Assembly: GCF_964204645.1 (NCBI RefSeq)
Contig: NC_134029.1
Location: 24,422,950-24,486,949 of the forward strand
Source of the DNA: Tubulanus polymorphus
Lineage: Eukaryota; Animalia; Nemertea
Direction: 5' to 3'
DNA length: 64,000 nucleotides
Under the pieces are notes generated by a model. It searched no databases. It saw only the letters and a program-made list of their open reading frames with translations, and had not been told where the DNA came from. The position numbers and the translations under genes are program-made. This document shows positions 24,391 through 39,139 of this stretch, in pieces (the stretch's first letter is position 1; every line of letters starts with the position of its first letter).

Positions 24391-25537
24391 GTATTTGTAT
24401 TACAACATATTGAGTGCAATTATTGTTTCTGTAACATATTGTTTTTCTTATATTCTCTGTGATGTTTTATAATTATAAATACTTCTTGAGGTCACTCTAG
24501 TTACCTATCGTTGAGGTGATGAGCGTGAATAAATTTCATTTCAATTTCACCGTCATTAGTAGACTTTGGTGTAGGCCCAATGTTGCCCGCGAGTGTCTGG
24601 TGTTTGTAGTTCATTTACAATCAAATAAAGATATCCTCGGTGAAGATCTGAACACAAATGAATTGTGGGTGTCTAGCTGAAGGTTGCAGATTCATTCCAC
24701 CAAACATGGATTGGAAGGAAATATTAAATACATCAAACAAGTTGATTTTTCAATGTCATGTATTAAAATAGTATATTTTTTCTCTACTTTATATTTACAA
24801 ACTTTCACCTAGTGAAGAAAAAGAATTTATTGCCATCACAAAAATTCGACAATATCTTATTGTAGCAAACATGATTAGAAATTCAACAGAGACAAGACTT
24901 TGAATCGATCAGCCACGTCCATTCATTCATCATAAAAACAAAGCTATTACACTTAAACTTAACTTGGGTCGTCATCATTTGAACAAGTCATCTAATTACT
25001 GAACTCATCACTATTTTTGATTCCTAATCTGTTATTTCAAATTAAATTTACTAAGTGTAAGTCATAATTTTGATCAATCGTCAACATAATAATCGTCTAA
25101 ACTACACCGATTTAAGCAAGTTTGACCATATTTTCAAAATTTAATAATCCACAAATAACATGTACACGTGTATAACCCTTACCAATTTTCACCGGCACAA
25201 CAAATTATCTACAAAAACCACGACAGAATTTCAAAATAATTCATAATAAAATGCATGAAGAAACAATAAACATCAGGACAAAATATGCAAAGATATAATT
25301 AGAAGTTATTTGTTCAAATATTGGCGACACTTGCACGTTTCATATCAGAATATCAATATAGCACTCAGTGTTCTCATTGGCCAGTTAGCTGAATGACCTC
25401 ACAAAATGGACCAATCACAATAGAGAACTAAATGTCTGTATGTACATATATATATCACAATATTCTGTATTGTGCACAAATACTGATTGTATATTCTACA
25501 AAGAGATGAGCTGGTGGGGCAAAGGTCCAGCCTAACG

Positions 25538-25758
25538 CCCATGGCAGAATCGAGCCCACAGTTACCTGTTGAATCGAGCCCATGGCAGAATCGAGCCCAC
25601 AGTTACCTGCTGAATCGAGCCCATGGCAGAATCGAGCCCACAGTTACCTGCTGAATCGAGCCCATGGCAAAATCGAGCCCACAGTTACCTGCTGAATCGA
25701 GCCCATAGCAGAATAGAGCCCAGTTACCCGTTGAATCGAGCCCAGTTACAGCAGAATC
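25538..25758. repeat. 41-bp minisatellite just downstream of the transporter stop (probable 3' UTR)
   Basis: gcccatggcagaatcgagcccacagttacctgctgaatcga, about 5 copies. Confidence 0.9.
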
Positions 25759-25788
25759 GTAAGGAAAATGTTATGATGTATATTTAGT

Positions 25789-28700
25789 TTATGTTGTTGA
25801 TGGAGTGAATGTTGCTGTTGTTACTGATGAGTATGGTATTGTTGTAGTCTGACGTGTCGTCGGGATCATCGTATAATTAGACGTGAGGAATTCTTCATGA
25901 ATATGAACGTCTCCTGATGAGAATCCATTCAGTCGTTTCAGGGCATCCACGACACCGATCACAGTCCTACAAAACAGAGCAAAAATATCAATATAGGTAC
26001 AGCAGAATCAGAAATCCACAGATGTTGGTGTTAAGTTTGATTTCTGGTTTAGAGTTGAGTTGATTGCCGATGTTTAAACCCGACCGTAAAATCTAACCGG
26101 AGATCTCTGGTAGAGATTGATTGGGCGAGTAGAAGAGCTAGGTTTTGTTTGTTTTGTGTTGTGTTGTTTATCTTACTTTACTTGGTTTCCCAAAATTAAC
26201 TATTGGCTAATTCATCATGGAGGTTTAAATCAATGACTCTTTTTAGAGTCAATGATTAAAAGAAATTGGGTCGGTGGAGTCAGATATGGAGACAACTGAT
26301 GTTAGATCGTAAGGGGACTGTTCTTATTGTGAAATAGACAAAACTTCATCAAAATTCATCAAAATCTTTCATTTCCAATGTGTACGTGTATAAATGAAAA
26401 CACGAAATTAACTGAAGGAATTTCACGAGTGATTTAAAATCCGCAGAACTTGCCGTAAAAGTATTGATTAGGTACTAAAACGGATAAAAAGAATTGAAAA
26501 CAATGATTTTACACTGTGTAAGAATAACACGTAGTTTGTGAATCATAATGAAAATGATCTGTGCTACATTTAAAGAATTAGAAAATCTATTTATTTTAAT
26601 TCATAGTGTAACAGTGAATGATAAATACGTATTATTGTTTTTTTCTATACTGTGACTAGAGAGAGAGAGAGAGAGTTGTTGCTTCAGAAGTTCATAATAG
26701 AAGGTTTTACGGGATAGAACACAAACCCAGATTAACACTATAGACTCCTAGAGACTTCTAGGCCGAGTTCCACACTTACTGTTGAATTTGAATTTAGATT
26801 TAGAATTAGTTCATTTCCAATGTGTCCAACTCTTAAGTCAAGTTATAACAGAGAAAATTATAGAACTGGCTGCAGAATTCAGTTCCCCAATTGTGAGTTC
26901 AAGTTTACGCTCGAGACAAATCTGAACTCACAACTGCCGAACTGGATCTGTTCCTTGAAAAATTACTCATTCTCATTAACGCCTAAAAAGGCCAGCAATT
27001 TGTCTCTGGGTTGTGCTGTACATGAACCAGAAATAATACGATAACTAAACATTCTCCAACTCACCCTATCACACAGTGCACAAAAATCCAAGACAGCTAG
27101 AATTTGTGATAAGTAATTTTTTTTTTCTTTAAGTCGTCATAAATTATGTTAATAAATATAAGATTTTGGTCGCTCATCTCGTGTGCACCATTCAATAATA
27201 CATGTACAATCTTACTCGATTAAGTCATGATGTTGTTGTAATGATTATTATGTAAACGACTTGTCCAAAAGATGACAAGATTTGTAGAGTAGACGTGTTA
27301 ACTGGGTTTAGAATAAATAACGAGATGAGTAGTGCTGTATAGGTTAACTATTTATTTGAAGCACAAGCTTTCACGACTAATGTATAGAAGAAGCTTAATC
27401 ACAATAATTCACCTGATGAAGCTTCTATACATTAGTAGCGAAAGCTCATGCGTCAAATAAATAGTTAACCTATACAGTACTACTCGTCTCGCTATTGATT
27501 CCAAATGATGACTTACACTTAGTAAATTGAGTACTTAGTAAATTGAGTTAGAAATACAAATTGAGACTAAAAAATAGAGATGACTTCAGTAATGTGACGA
27601 CTTATCCAAACGTCGATTTACACTTAGCAAATTGAGACTCAAAATCAGAGATGACTTATCTGATGACGACTTACTTAAGTTTGACTGTACATGTATAAAG
27701 ACTACTGTGATGAATACAATTAAGTGTGACATACATTTCATAACTAACACATGCACCTTATATCTGAAAGTGAACCAGCAGCCCATACTAAAACAAACTG
27801 AACCTGGTTCCACAGTTCCGAGTGAAGATTTGATTGTAACTCAGAGTTAACTCTAACTCACAACTGTGGATCTGGATCCTGAGTTCACAGTTAACTCTAA
27901 CTCACAGCTGTGGAACTGGATCCTGAGTTCAGAGTTAACTCTAACTCACAACTGTGGATCTGGATCCTGAGTTCACAGTTAACTCTAACTCACAACTGTG
28001 GAACTGGAACCTGAGTTCACAGTAACTCTAACTCACAACTGCGGATCTGGATCCTGAGTTCAGAGTTAACTCTAACTCACAACTGTGGAACTGGAACCTG
28101 AGTTCACAGTAACTCTAACTCACAACTGTGGAACTGGAACCTGAGTTCACAGTTAACTCTAACTCACAACTGTGGAACTGGAACCTGGTACACACACTGT
28201 AGTATAGACCTCCTGTTTAACGGCTACTTACCCGAGTACGCCGATTAAAATCAGTGTAATATCAACAGTTGTTTGCCACTTAGACAATGATCTGTAAACA
28301 AAAATATAGATAACAAATATTTAATAGTACCGGTGCTAGAAAAGGGTTAAACCTTTGATGGAAAAGGGTTAAGGTATAGAAATAACTTTACAATAGCACA
28401 ATTTAGGGAGCCTCTAAAAGGATTGTTGTACACAAAGTAATTATTTCAATTTTTAATGGAAATTAAAATATTTGAATCTTGAAATTTGGGTAAAAATTTT
28501 CAGTTTAGTTTGTTAATATTGAATCAGTATTTTCAGCAGCATTACGTGTGAATTTCTGTATTCACTACTTACCCTTTATAGATAGATAAATGAAATAATC
28601 CGGGTAGAATGAATGCTAATAGCGTACAACAGCTTGCTCCGACTAGAGCCATTAAATTAGCAAAATTAGGTATAACCATCACGACGATACCGGTCATGAT

Positions 28701-31700
28701 AACCAACACGAACCGCAGTAAATTCTAGAAAACAAAACACATATAAATAGCACCCTGATTCATCGGGTGAAATTAACGTGGACTTTATGATTGTACGACA
28801 ATAAAATATCTGATGGGTGTCACGTGCAAGAAACATTTTCAAATGAAAATGTCTCGGGTCGAGATGCAGTAGACCTAAAGCCAGTTCTAGTCAAGGGCTT
28901 AGATTTAAGAACAGTCTAAGACCAACTCCATTTGATAGCTCATCTAACAACTTGAGACCAGTATCAAGATCACTTTTGGTCATAGGTCACCACTGTGCAA
29001 GTCAGCTCTGGTGAAGTGTTGGCCATTTGTTTTAGTTGATGATGTTTTTAGGGTTAGGGTCCCGATATACATACCCCTAACCATACAGACTCATACGGAG
29101 CTCGTAGTAATTTTACTTCTAATAAATGAACGACAGGAAACATCATGACTAGAAAAATAAAATAATCAAATCATTTTAAAAGTCATAGTGAAGAGTTAAA
29201 ACATAGGAAGTGAACTAAAGTGACAGTGGAACTAGATCCACACATTCGCACACGTACCGGGATACGTGAAGAATAGAGCTAAACATAAACATGATTTCAC
29301 CATTACTGCAAAATCAAGTCCACGACCTGGAAATAAATAACTTTGTAAATTGAAAAGTCGAATGTTAAAGTAGTTTCATGAAGTAATATATCTAAATATT
29401 CACAAAAGGGATTTTTTGCTGTACAGGGTTTCTACAGGTCTGGAGGCAGTTTGCTCAAAAGTTGGTTAAAGTTAACCAGTGGATAGTTGACTATTAAAAG
29501 TTCATTGTTAACACAGAATCTATATGAGACTGTTTTCTTTAACCAACTTTTCAGCAATTGATCCCAGCTTTCTCAAAGTACAGTCAAAATGGGAGGATCT
29601 CGGAAGCTGTTTTGCTCTGGACTGATGAAATTATATTATAACGAAAAATGTAAATTTCACTAATATTTCTACGACAGATTTTAGTACATTGTATCACTAC
29701 TGGACTTCGATGTACCAGACATCACGCGACCTATATGAACTATAGAGGATGATTAACCAATCAAGTGACGTGGCAACATTTACAACAAATGCTACCAATT
29801 TTTCAATTTTCTATAGAAATACTTAATAACTACACATAATGGCTTCTGGATTCTACTAATAGACACTATTTATCAGTGGTATCTATTTAAATACTTGTTC
29901 ATATATGTGGCTGTTTTGATAGCTGTATAAATATGTATCTATTTCAATATATACAATAATTATCAATAGTTAATACTTTATGCATTCGTACATGTATATT
30001 CATATGAAAGCCTTACACAAAGTACCACAGGGACCAGTGGTTTAAACATTTGTTAACCCTTTCAGTGATGATGACAGTTCATACCATTAAGTGCTGGAGA
30101 AACCGTAATTTGAAAATTTTGGATAATTCCTCCAGCAGTGCCTTGCACAACAGGCATACAGCTATGAGTGTCCACTCGCTGTGAGGGTACACTTCACACG
30201 ATAGGATAAAGTTATCCGAACCCCTGTAGAATGTGAGCCTCTACGTGACAGCTGTGGCAGGTGAGGGTAACCATTAGCCGCACTAATTCACGTACCTTTC
30301 GGTAGATTTAACGTTATAATAGGATTGGTTTCAGGTCCAAACGACTGCAATAAATACAAATAACATAATGAAATATATTTGTTTAATGTCTCATTGTTTA
30401 TAGTGAAATCATCAATTCCATTATTTACCAAATATCCACAAGATCCAAACAGCACATAGAGTAGTGTAACGACTATCATTGTTAACTTGAAATATCTATA
30501 ACACGAAGAAATATACAGGATTTTTAATACCGGTAATGCGTTCATCAGCAAAGGCGAAAAGTAGTTTCGACACAATAGGACAGGTGGTTCCATAGTCCAG
30601 GAGCAGGCTCCACATTGGAACTGGATTGGTTCCACAGTTCCAGAGCAGGCTCCACAGTGGAACTGCATTGGTTCCACAGGTAAGGGGCAAGCTCTACAGT
30701 GGAACCGGAGTTCACACTGAAAACTTACAATTTGAATAGATGTCGTTTAGATTTATCGACTGATGCTTCTAGTGATAGAATCATCCCAGCTCCCTATAAT
30801 AAAAAACAGTGAATCTAAAACTATCTTCATGAACATGAAACAAGTAGCAAGACGTAAGATACTTCATTCAGTTTAGAAATTATAAGAGCTCAATCATTTT
30901 TCTATGCACTCATGATATGCACATGAAATTACGTGGGGGCACAGGGCTTTGTTACGATAGTCGGGGGTCCAAAATCAAAAATCCGATCCAGTATCCTATG
31001 CACCACCTTTTAAAAAAACCTATAATAAAGAAGTTTTCAAAGGTGGTACCTAGGATACAGGGTCAAATCGATTTTGGATTCCCAGCTTTCATGACAAGCA
31101 GCTGCAAGAGTGGGGGAAGAAAGACAACCTATATCGTATGCTGAGTATTTGAATTGAATTGTGTTTTTGTTTCTGACATTCATAGAAATCTAATAATCAA
31201 TACTGTAAATATCTTGTGCACGTTGTTGGAAAGTGAAACATCTGGTCGACTGATAAAACAGACAGAGATTGACTGATTCCACTGACTTATAACTGATTCG
31301 ACTGAGGCACATTCAGTAAACCTGAGACAATCAATGGTAAATGCACAACACATGTTACAGCCACGTGAACCAAATTTTGATTGTGATTTCCATATTGCAG
31401 TGAAGGCTTAAGAATGATGTTAATAAGTTATATAACCAGGCTGGATCCAGCCATGCGAATTAATTAGACTCCATATATTCAAACATTGAAAATCAACTAT
31501 ATGTCTTTACAGTCAAAAATTCAAATATGTAACTGGGTCATGAAGGTTTTTGAATTAGTCTGGGTAATAATGAGCATTATGTAACTATGTTCAGGGTTCC
31601 ACTGTAAGGGGAGAGTCTAGCGAAATGTACAATATTATCATAATTGTATAAACTCACTCGGCGGTTGCCTCTTATGGGTTTACTAAATTCTTAGATGCAG

Positions 31701-34700
31701 CAAGTGAACTCCGGGACAGTCCAAGCGGCAATGGGTCGTCAGATTGGAGTAGTTACAATATTTTGGGGCATGTGATAATCTGAGGCAATCAGCTCTGTGA
31801 CAAGCAGAGACTGAGGCACCTGATAATCAGCTCTGTGACAAGCAGAGTCTGGGGGCACCTGCAGGTACACTGTATTTCAGACAGATGTGAACAGAAAACA
31901 AAAGCAGTAAAAAATCGTTTGCTCGAGTATTTAGTTGTATGTGTACGAAGTATGGAGTTAGATTCAATAAACAGCTGTCAATGATAGATTGAATGTACAA
32001 TGTTATAAGTATATATATACTCTACATGTAAGGTAACAGTAAACCGGTTTACACATGTAATCTATATGTGTTCTATCATCGCAAAGATGATCAGGTTTTC
32101 ATGAAAAAAGTTGAACTAGAATTTTTATTCTAGTTGCTAGTGGTAACTTCAAAATATCAATACGGACAACAATTAGAACTTAACGAATCTAAGCTTGAAC
32201 TTAAACGTGACCCAGGATAGATTTCCAATTTAGTTTTTTATTTTCACAGAAAATGAAGCGAGTTCTTGAGCAGAATATTATATTAATCTCTATAAGACAC
32301 CAGGGCCCGGTTCAACATATTTCAGTACAGATTGACTCTATTGTGATAAACCGTAAAATTCAAACGACGGCAGAACCAGGTTCAAATAATAATGATTCAC
32401 AGAAAGTACCGTCAATAATTGTAATATAACATACCTCATAACAGTAAATGGCTACAGCAATAAAAAATGGCAGCCCAATTATTGAAACATTTTTAGGATG
32501 AATTCTGAAAAACAAATGAGAACGAATTGAAAATATGGAGTCGTAAGCAATAAATTCTTTTTGTTACAGTAACTTTGAAATTTAATCACCGACCTAGAGC
32601 TCGGGGAAAAGCATATTTATCAAATATTTTGGAAGAGCAAGGTTTTGTTTTTACTGAGCTGCACTCGTCCTTAAAACAGGAATGATTAATAAAAGATCAT
32701 CTAAAAATCTTATCGGGCTAAACTGTTGTTTAAACAGTGCTGAGGATAAGCTTTGTTAAATGAAGCATGACTAAGTTTATATACAGACATTTTAACTGAA
32801 GCTAGAAAGAGAGGAAAGATTGGTGAATATCCCGATGTACCGGCTATACCCAAAAACATAGCGATCATTAGACAGCTGAGTAAGATAAAGAGGATGCAAC
32901 AGGAATGAATGGAAGCCGACCCCAGGATCAATTACAAGAGCTAATTTCAAACGGAGAGCAAGACATCGAACTTTAGAATAACATACAGTTTCATACATTT
33001 TTCAGATGTTTCGAGTTTCATTTTCAAATTGAATTTATCGTTATTTTGACTTGAAAACTGTATAATTTTCGGCGAGTTCATTGAAATATAAATTGTCGTA
33101 ATAGTAAAATCAGTTTGTATAGTTTTTTGTTACCCTTTTATATCTCTGTTTAAAGTGAGTAAAATAAAGAATGACAACATTTCAATTTTAAAGTGTATAT
33201 ATATATATATATCACTGCTATTACTTCAACATCTATATTATAGTATATATGACCAGATGCATGCGAGCGATTTAAAAAAAAATCATATGAATTTAGACTG
33301 AAATTCATTTCAGTAGAATGTGACATTAATGAGATATTGGCAGCACTACTGCGGCGAGCGAGGATTTGCGGCGGCAAGTGTCATTAGTGGTAACTTCCAT
33401 TTATTATAGATTTCAGTTGAATTTGAAATCAACCTAACATCAATTTCCATTGAAATCTATATAGGACCATACACTGAGTGAGAAACCGAATCTTATATCT
33501 ATCCCATGACTGCTTCGACACATTTTCACTACGACGAATTGTTGCGCCATCTGGTGAGTGCCGCCTGAACCCCATAGAAACATGAAACATGCGCCAAAAC
33601 AACCTTAACACACAACAATGATTTTGAACTTTGTCACCAATAAAACATCAAGACTGGTTTCAAATATGACCGCAAATATAGCTCAGAGGCAGTTCATAAA
33701 GCAACATTGAGGGGTCGAGGGACAATATTTGCCAGTTTGACCTACGTACCACATAGGGTACAAATAGTTTAAAATTGCATATACCGGTATGCGCATTGGG
33801 AGGTGTTGGGGAGGGTTTGACTTTATGAGAAGTCCCTCAATGCATGAATCGTTGAATTGAAACTAATGAATTAAAAGCTGTCAGAAGCAGCAGTAGCAAT
33901 AGCAGTAGTAGCAGCACCAGCAGCAGCAGCAGCAGTGGTCAAATCGATATGTCAATTTGTCCATTTTCCGCCAGATTTAACGAATACATGTATTCAGCCC
34001 AGATGTTGCTCTGTATATATTTGTTGTTCTCTGTATTTTCTATATTTATAAGAAACATCAAACACAGGTTTGTAATATATTGGTGAAGTTATAATTTCTA
34101 TTCACTCCTGAATTTTTAAACCGGTTTAATTTAATTAATTCTATGATAATAGATATAGCAATAAACTGCGTTCGAGCAATGAAAGTTATTTCAACAGCTG
34201 ATTCTATAAAGTACGACCGACAGGGAAAAACAACATCTACAGCAGTTCATGATTCTACGCAATAAAATCTGAAAACTGTACATAGAATTTTCAGTCGCTT
34301 CGACGCTCTCAATAAGGGTAGACCTAGGATAATTAGAAGGCAGAAGTCAAAAAGAGAAGGGCATCACTCGACGAATAAGCAGCATCCCTTCGAACCTATA
34401 CATCTGGGCCCAGTTTCACAAAGAAAGTTAAACTCAAATTTTTGATGTAATTGCCATTGGTTACTTCATGTTTTCAATGAGGACAACAATTCAAACTTAA
34501 CCGTTTTAGGCCTAAACTGTTTCGTGAAACTGGGCCCTGAATTTACCATCTCGAGGATGAGCATCTAATTTGCATAGGTTGTAATGATCTGTCTCGATAA
34601 AACCGAGTGGCCACTTGTGACAAGCTTTTTCCATCAAACTATTCCCTGACATGCGCGTAGATTTCCCTGATCTGCTAAGAACCCAATTAATTAAAACACT

Positions 34701-37700
34701 GTCAAATATATAAAAAATACACGGAAACTGTTTGATTTTACGTGCGATCAAACAATCTCAACACGATCCGGATTAATCGGGCTTGACTATTTGTTAAATG
34801 GTCATCGCGAATATAATACCGTACTTCAGCACAAACAATGCTATTGCCTTCAATTTCTACAGGTCTATAGGTTGTCGCTGCACAGATGCTATTGTTGTGT
34901 ATATGAATAGGTTTCAATTATTTGAAAGTTCTTGTCTACAGCTGTTCGCTATAATATTTTCTTGCCGCAAATGTTGATATTTATTCGAAATGCTGCCGTG
35001 GAACGCGGCGTATGATTCTATGAATCAAAATCCACTTCCGCAATAACATGTGTTACTGAAATCTATTTTCATACATCAGATTGTGGAGGCCACAACAGCT
35101 ACTGCTACCGCTGCTGCTTTCAGTACACCACTGTATGACATTGAAACCAATATCTATTCATAATCGGCCTGTTTTATATTGTCAATGATATTTGATCTGA
35201 TTTTAAAGTAATCAATATTTCCTTCAGCGAGGTAATCAATATTTGAGGGTTGATATATGGTACGACAGTGAATGAATTCTAATCAGTTGAACAGTCACTC
35301 GAGTCAAGCAGATTTTGAATTTCAAAATCTGAGTTGTTCATAAAGCGGATCAATTTAAGCTAGATTGAGCAGATTTTAACGGTTTCTTCGACGAATTAAA
35401 CTTAGACAATATGGCAACAAAGCAGCTATAATGCCAGCTAAACTGGTCCTGAATTGAATTTCATGTAAATCAGTTGACTAGGTTCACACTTACAGTCGGT
35501 TGAGGACAGTGATACTTACTTCACCCGCGCGAAATGTTCAAAATCAAACCAAAAAACGACTCCAAACGCGAGTAAATTCGAACATTGAGCAAATAGACTG
35601 AAAAATATATGAATCGCTTTAATGAAAACAATCTGAAAATTACAACGATCTTCAAAGAACGGAATGAGAAATGAGTGAACCGAACCTGGATAACGCGAGA
35701 CTGTTCAGATGTCTGAGTAACGTTAATGCACCGAGTGGAGGTAACAGAATCAATAATAAATGCCACCTAGAAATCAGAAAATCATTAAACATCTAGTTAT
35801 CTACAGTAAACTGAGGGATGCATTTTTATCACAGAGGTTAAAAGGACTGAGTTATACAGTTGTAGGTTAAAGTTTGACTTCTGAGTTCAGATCACTTTAT
35901 TTCCAATGTTTTCCTCCTAGAGTTAACCTTAACCTAGAACATTAACAGCTGACATTTACCTAGAACTGAAGAACCAACCAGTTTGTGAACTTTAGAACCA
36001 ACCGGTTTGTAAACTGTAGAACCAACCAGTTTGTAAACTGTAGAACCAACCAGTTTGTGAACTACAGAACCTAGTTCCCTGTAGTTCAGGATACTGGGTA
36101 GTTACTTCGCGTAGAACCATACTTTAAACTTAAAACTTTTTGCCAACTAGAACTTACTTTTTAATACCAGGAATGTAATCCATTAGATTTTCTGTAATGA
36201 ATATCAGATATGCGCAACAAAAACCTGAAACATAAGAGGAGAATAGATTTTCATTTTTGAGTAAAGATTAGAAGAGAGTATGGAGAAGATGAATTTAGAA
36301 TTGATACTGACCGATCTGTGAAACAACTATAGACCATTCAACTAGTAATCGTCCTGTAGTTCCCAACGCAAAATATCCTGAACAAAAAACAACTCAAAAT
36401 CAACGTCGAGTTAAACATTTAAAATCAACTTATTTCATCCGTAAGTTTCAACTACATACCAACATCGCCGTACGTTAATTCTTTACCAGGAGCCTGGAAA
36501 ATTATATCAGAAAAATTCATCAAAGCCAAATTAATCATTAGATGAAACATTATTATCAATCAACAGACAGAATCTGACCGTATTAGTTTTATTGCGCAAC
36601 TAAGTCTACCTTTGGAAAATACAATGAAACTAATTTAATTCACTGTAGATGAGACAATCATTAAAACAACTTATACCGATAGCAAATTGAATTAGATATA
36701 GATATTGGACTCAAATAAAGAGACAACTTAAATAATGATTTTGACTAATATTTGTAAACAATCTCAGTGCAAAACGAACAATTTGATTGTTTATGTATCT
36801 ATACCTGTAGAATACTGACCTCTGGAATACTGGGTTCTTCAAAGTTAACCCCAGACAGTAAATCCTCTTTCTCCTCTAGTAAACCCGGTTCACCATCTAT
36901 TTTAACCACCAATGATCCATTTTTTCCGTTTGTTGCGGTTTTTTTCGGTGTTGTTTTATCGACTCTGAGTTTGGGTTGTTTTTCGATGAGTTTATATTTA
37001 CAGTCGATCAGTAACAGCATCGCTTTAACACTGAAAAAGAGGGGCTGAATCAGAGGGGCAGTAGATTCACACAGTATCAGAGGTGCAGTAGATTCACACA
37101 GTATCAGAGGGGCAGTAGAATCATATATTGGGGAGGGGTGAAGCAGATTTTTTAACACTGACCTGATAGCTCCAACTGTTGTCATGACAATGATTCCTTC
37201 CAGTAAACCAGCCTATTCACAATTTAAATTAACATCATATTAATTATTTTCTTTTAATTACAAAAAAATTGATAATCAAATAGTCTATAAACAAAGTTGA
37301 ATATCTTTTTCAGTGTCACATTTTAATTATTCATCGTCAGATATATAGGTCTATAACACGTAGTATAGTAGCAGGCGTTATAGCCTATAAATAAACAGAT
37401 AACTGAGGCGATCTGGTGGTTTCAAAATCCCCTAATAACTGAATATAGATTAGGCAAGAGATTAACTTTATCCAAGCCAAATAAATCATATTCATTACTA
37501 TTTAACGTCTCAATTTATGTTTAACATCACAGTTAAACATATAATCTCACCAGTAATCCAATACGCTCAGAGTTATGTCGAAATTAGGATCGATGAAGCT
37601 CACCTCTTTAAACGCGTAAGGAAGACCTAAAACTCCAGCACCAATGAATGAAATGAAAATATTCGCGAATATTTTCACAGTATTTTTCGACCCGGCTCCA

Positions 37701-37717
37701 GATATATCAACAGTCAT
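25789..37717 (-). CDS. Amino acid transporter, Aa_trans family (SLC36 / AVT3 / ANT1-like), 17 coding exons
   Basis: Exon 1 37717-37604 MTVDISGAGSKNTVKIFANIFISFIGAGVLGLPYAFKE; later exons give LTYGDVG, SQIGFCCAYLIFI, AIYCYE-GAGMILSLEAS, FGSCGYL-SFG, LFFTYP-VMMFPV, IPNFANLMALVGASCCTLLAFILPGLFHL; last exon 25966-25789. Confidence 0.92.
27318..27497. mobile_element. Inverted-repeat Penelope-like remnant with hammerhead core
   Basis: Arms acgagatgagtagtgctgtataggttaactatttatttga / tcaaataaatagttaacctatacagtactactcgtctcg; CTGATGA(27413)-AGC...GC-GAAA-GCTC. Confidence 0.7.
27804..28188. repeat. 43-44-bp tandem array derived from a MITE family B arm
   Basis: About 8 copies of gagttcacagttaactctaactcacaactgtggaactggatcct after one inverted arm (ggttccacagttccgagt). 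Confidence 0.9.
34404..34539. mobile_element. MITE (CTGGGCCCAGTTTCAC...GTGAAACTGGGCCCTG); related copy near 54645-54775
   Basis: Terminal inverted repeats and shared internal sequence. Confidence 0.75.
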
Positions 37718-39139
37718 CGTTAAACAGTCTTAGAACAGCAGGATAGAGAGAAACTACTCGACCGGCGGCGAGCGAGCGGTCGGCAGTAAGGTGATGACAA
37801 TGTGTGTGGTGACAGCTCGCATTGGCTCCACATTCCGCATAGGGATCAGCCGTTACGAGTCGTGTAGCCGCCACTGAGCACTAGCCGCCACAGGTTGAGT
37901 TATCATAGTTCTACATTTATTATCGGTATGTTAGTTCAGAAGAAACGTCGATTCCGCTGATGGCCATCCCTGTCGGGTTTCTGAATCAAAAAGCAAGGCA
38001 GGCGTGTAGAAACAACAGCCCAGACTGGCAATACGCAGGGGCGAATTAAGGGGAGCACTGGGCACGTGCCCACCTAAAAATATCAGTAAAAAAATCTGGA
38101 CCAAGCTTTTTATCACATTGTGCCTTGATACTTTTTTTTCTTTTGAAAAAAAACCCAAACTCCGGATCGGCTTAATCCGGATTTTGGTCTAATCCGGGCA
38201 ATATTAGCAATTCATCTTAATTATACAAGAAAATGAGTTTTAATCCAACTATCAATTAACTTAATTCAACTCTCTGTAGAGTTGCTGTCTTCTGGTAAAC
38301 TGTAGTTCTTATGCGAATTCACAATATACGGTTTCAGTAGAAATGTTGGGCAGTATAGTTAGTGCCAACTTCTCATATCTACTGTAACAACGACTGTAGC
38401 ACACAAGTTCCGATTGCGCGAGGATGCGCTCCGTGCCGGCTCCGAGTTGATTGTCATATGCAAAAAAAAGATTGAGCACGGCCCACAGGTTGCTAATCGT
38501 TGAAAAGCTTGTGAAAAGTGGTTGAAACACCGTTTTCACCCCATGCTAGAAGTTCTCAAAATGGGGTGAAAATGCTTCCCTCATCTCATTTTCACTCGAG
38601 TACACCCGACACCCGACAGCGTGGCACCTTACAAAAGGCCACGCAAATAAATACCCTTGTTTCTCATCAGTGCTTTTTTTGGAGAAGTGACGATGGCGAC
38701 ATAATAAAACAGATGGCTGCATGCGGGATACGCATTCTCATTCTTATGTTTTTATGACGAACTGAGCCCAGAAAATGAAAAAACTGATGAGATACAGGCA
38801 ATTTTTTCGCGTGGCCAAAAGTTCCACTGGCGCCCGCAACAAAGACATCGGCTCCCGGGCCCTCCCGATACGAGAGCCGGCGAGTTGTATGTATGTTCGA
38901 CTACAATCTAATCGAGGCCTGCCAGTGTATATATTACCCACTACAGTTATAGCCTACACTATATACACACGTACACTACGATATATGCACTGTAGTCTAG
39001 TACCTAGCCTTTGTTAATAATGTAATATATATGTGGCATTCTCTTTATCAGTTTAAGATGTTTGTAGTACATAATGTATGTATGTCATTCTAGCTGACGT
39101 TTGGATTCAGTTGACGATTGAAAACATATCGGTAAAGAA

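Larger units (their letters stand above)
21855..24647 (-). pseudogene. Degenerate multi-exon gene, CUB-like extracellular region plus hydrophobic C-terminal segment
   Basis: Chain of phase-compatible AG/GT exons near 23785-23817, 23557-23664, 23459-23474, 23283-23338, 22865-22904, 22319-22360 and 21855-21997 reads DFKESSKIHIP-SARIRNCTDYCLNWF...KMIITFTGFRANLTPPSC-GIVKLLPIYAMMLSVWAMVVAEE...*; the upstream exon has stops (ITLIRSSTGLN*RIHLQFE). Confidence 0.45.

Noticed and set aside
27804-28188. Regularly spaced repeats resembling a CRISPR array (also 25538-25758)
   Set aside because: No unique spacers, no cas genes, eukaryotic context; simple tandem repeats
31650-31865. Possible extra minus-strand exon in transporter intron 9
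   Set aside because: In-frame stop and internal duplication; flanking exons join perfectly without it (YCYE-GAG)
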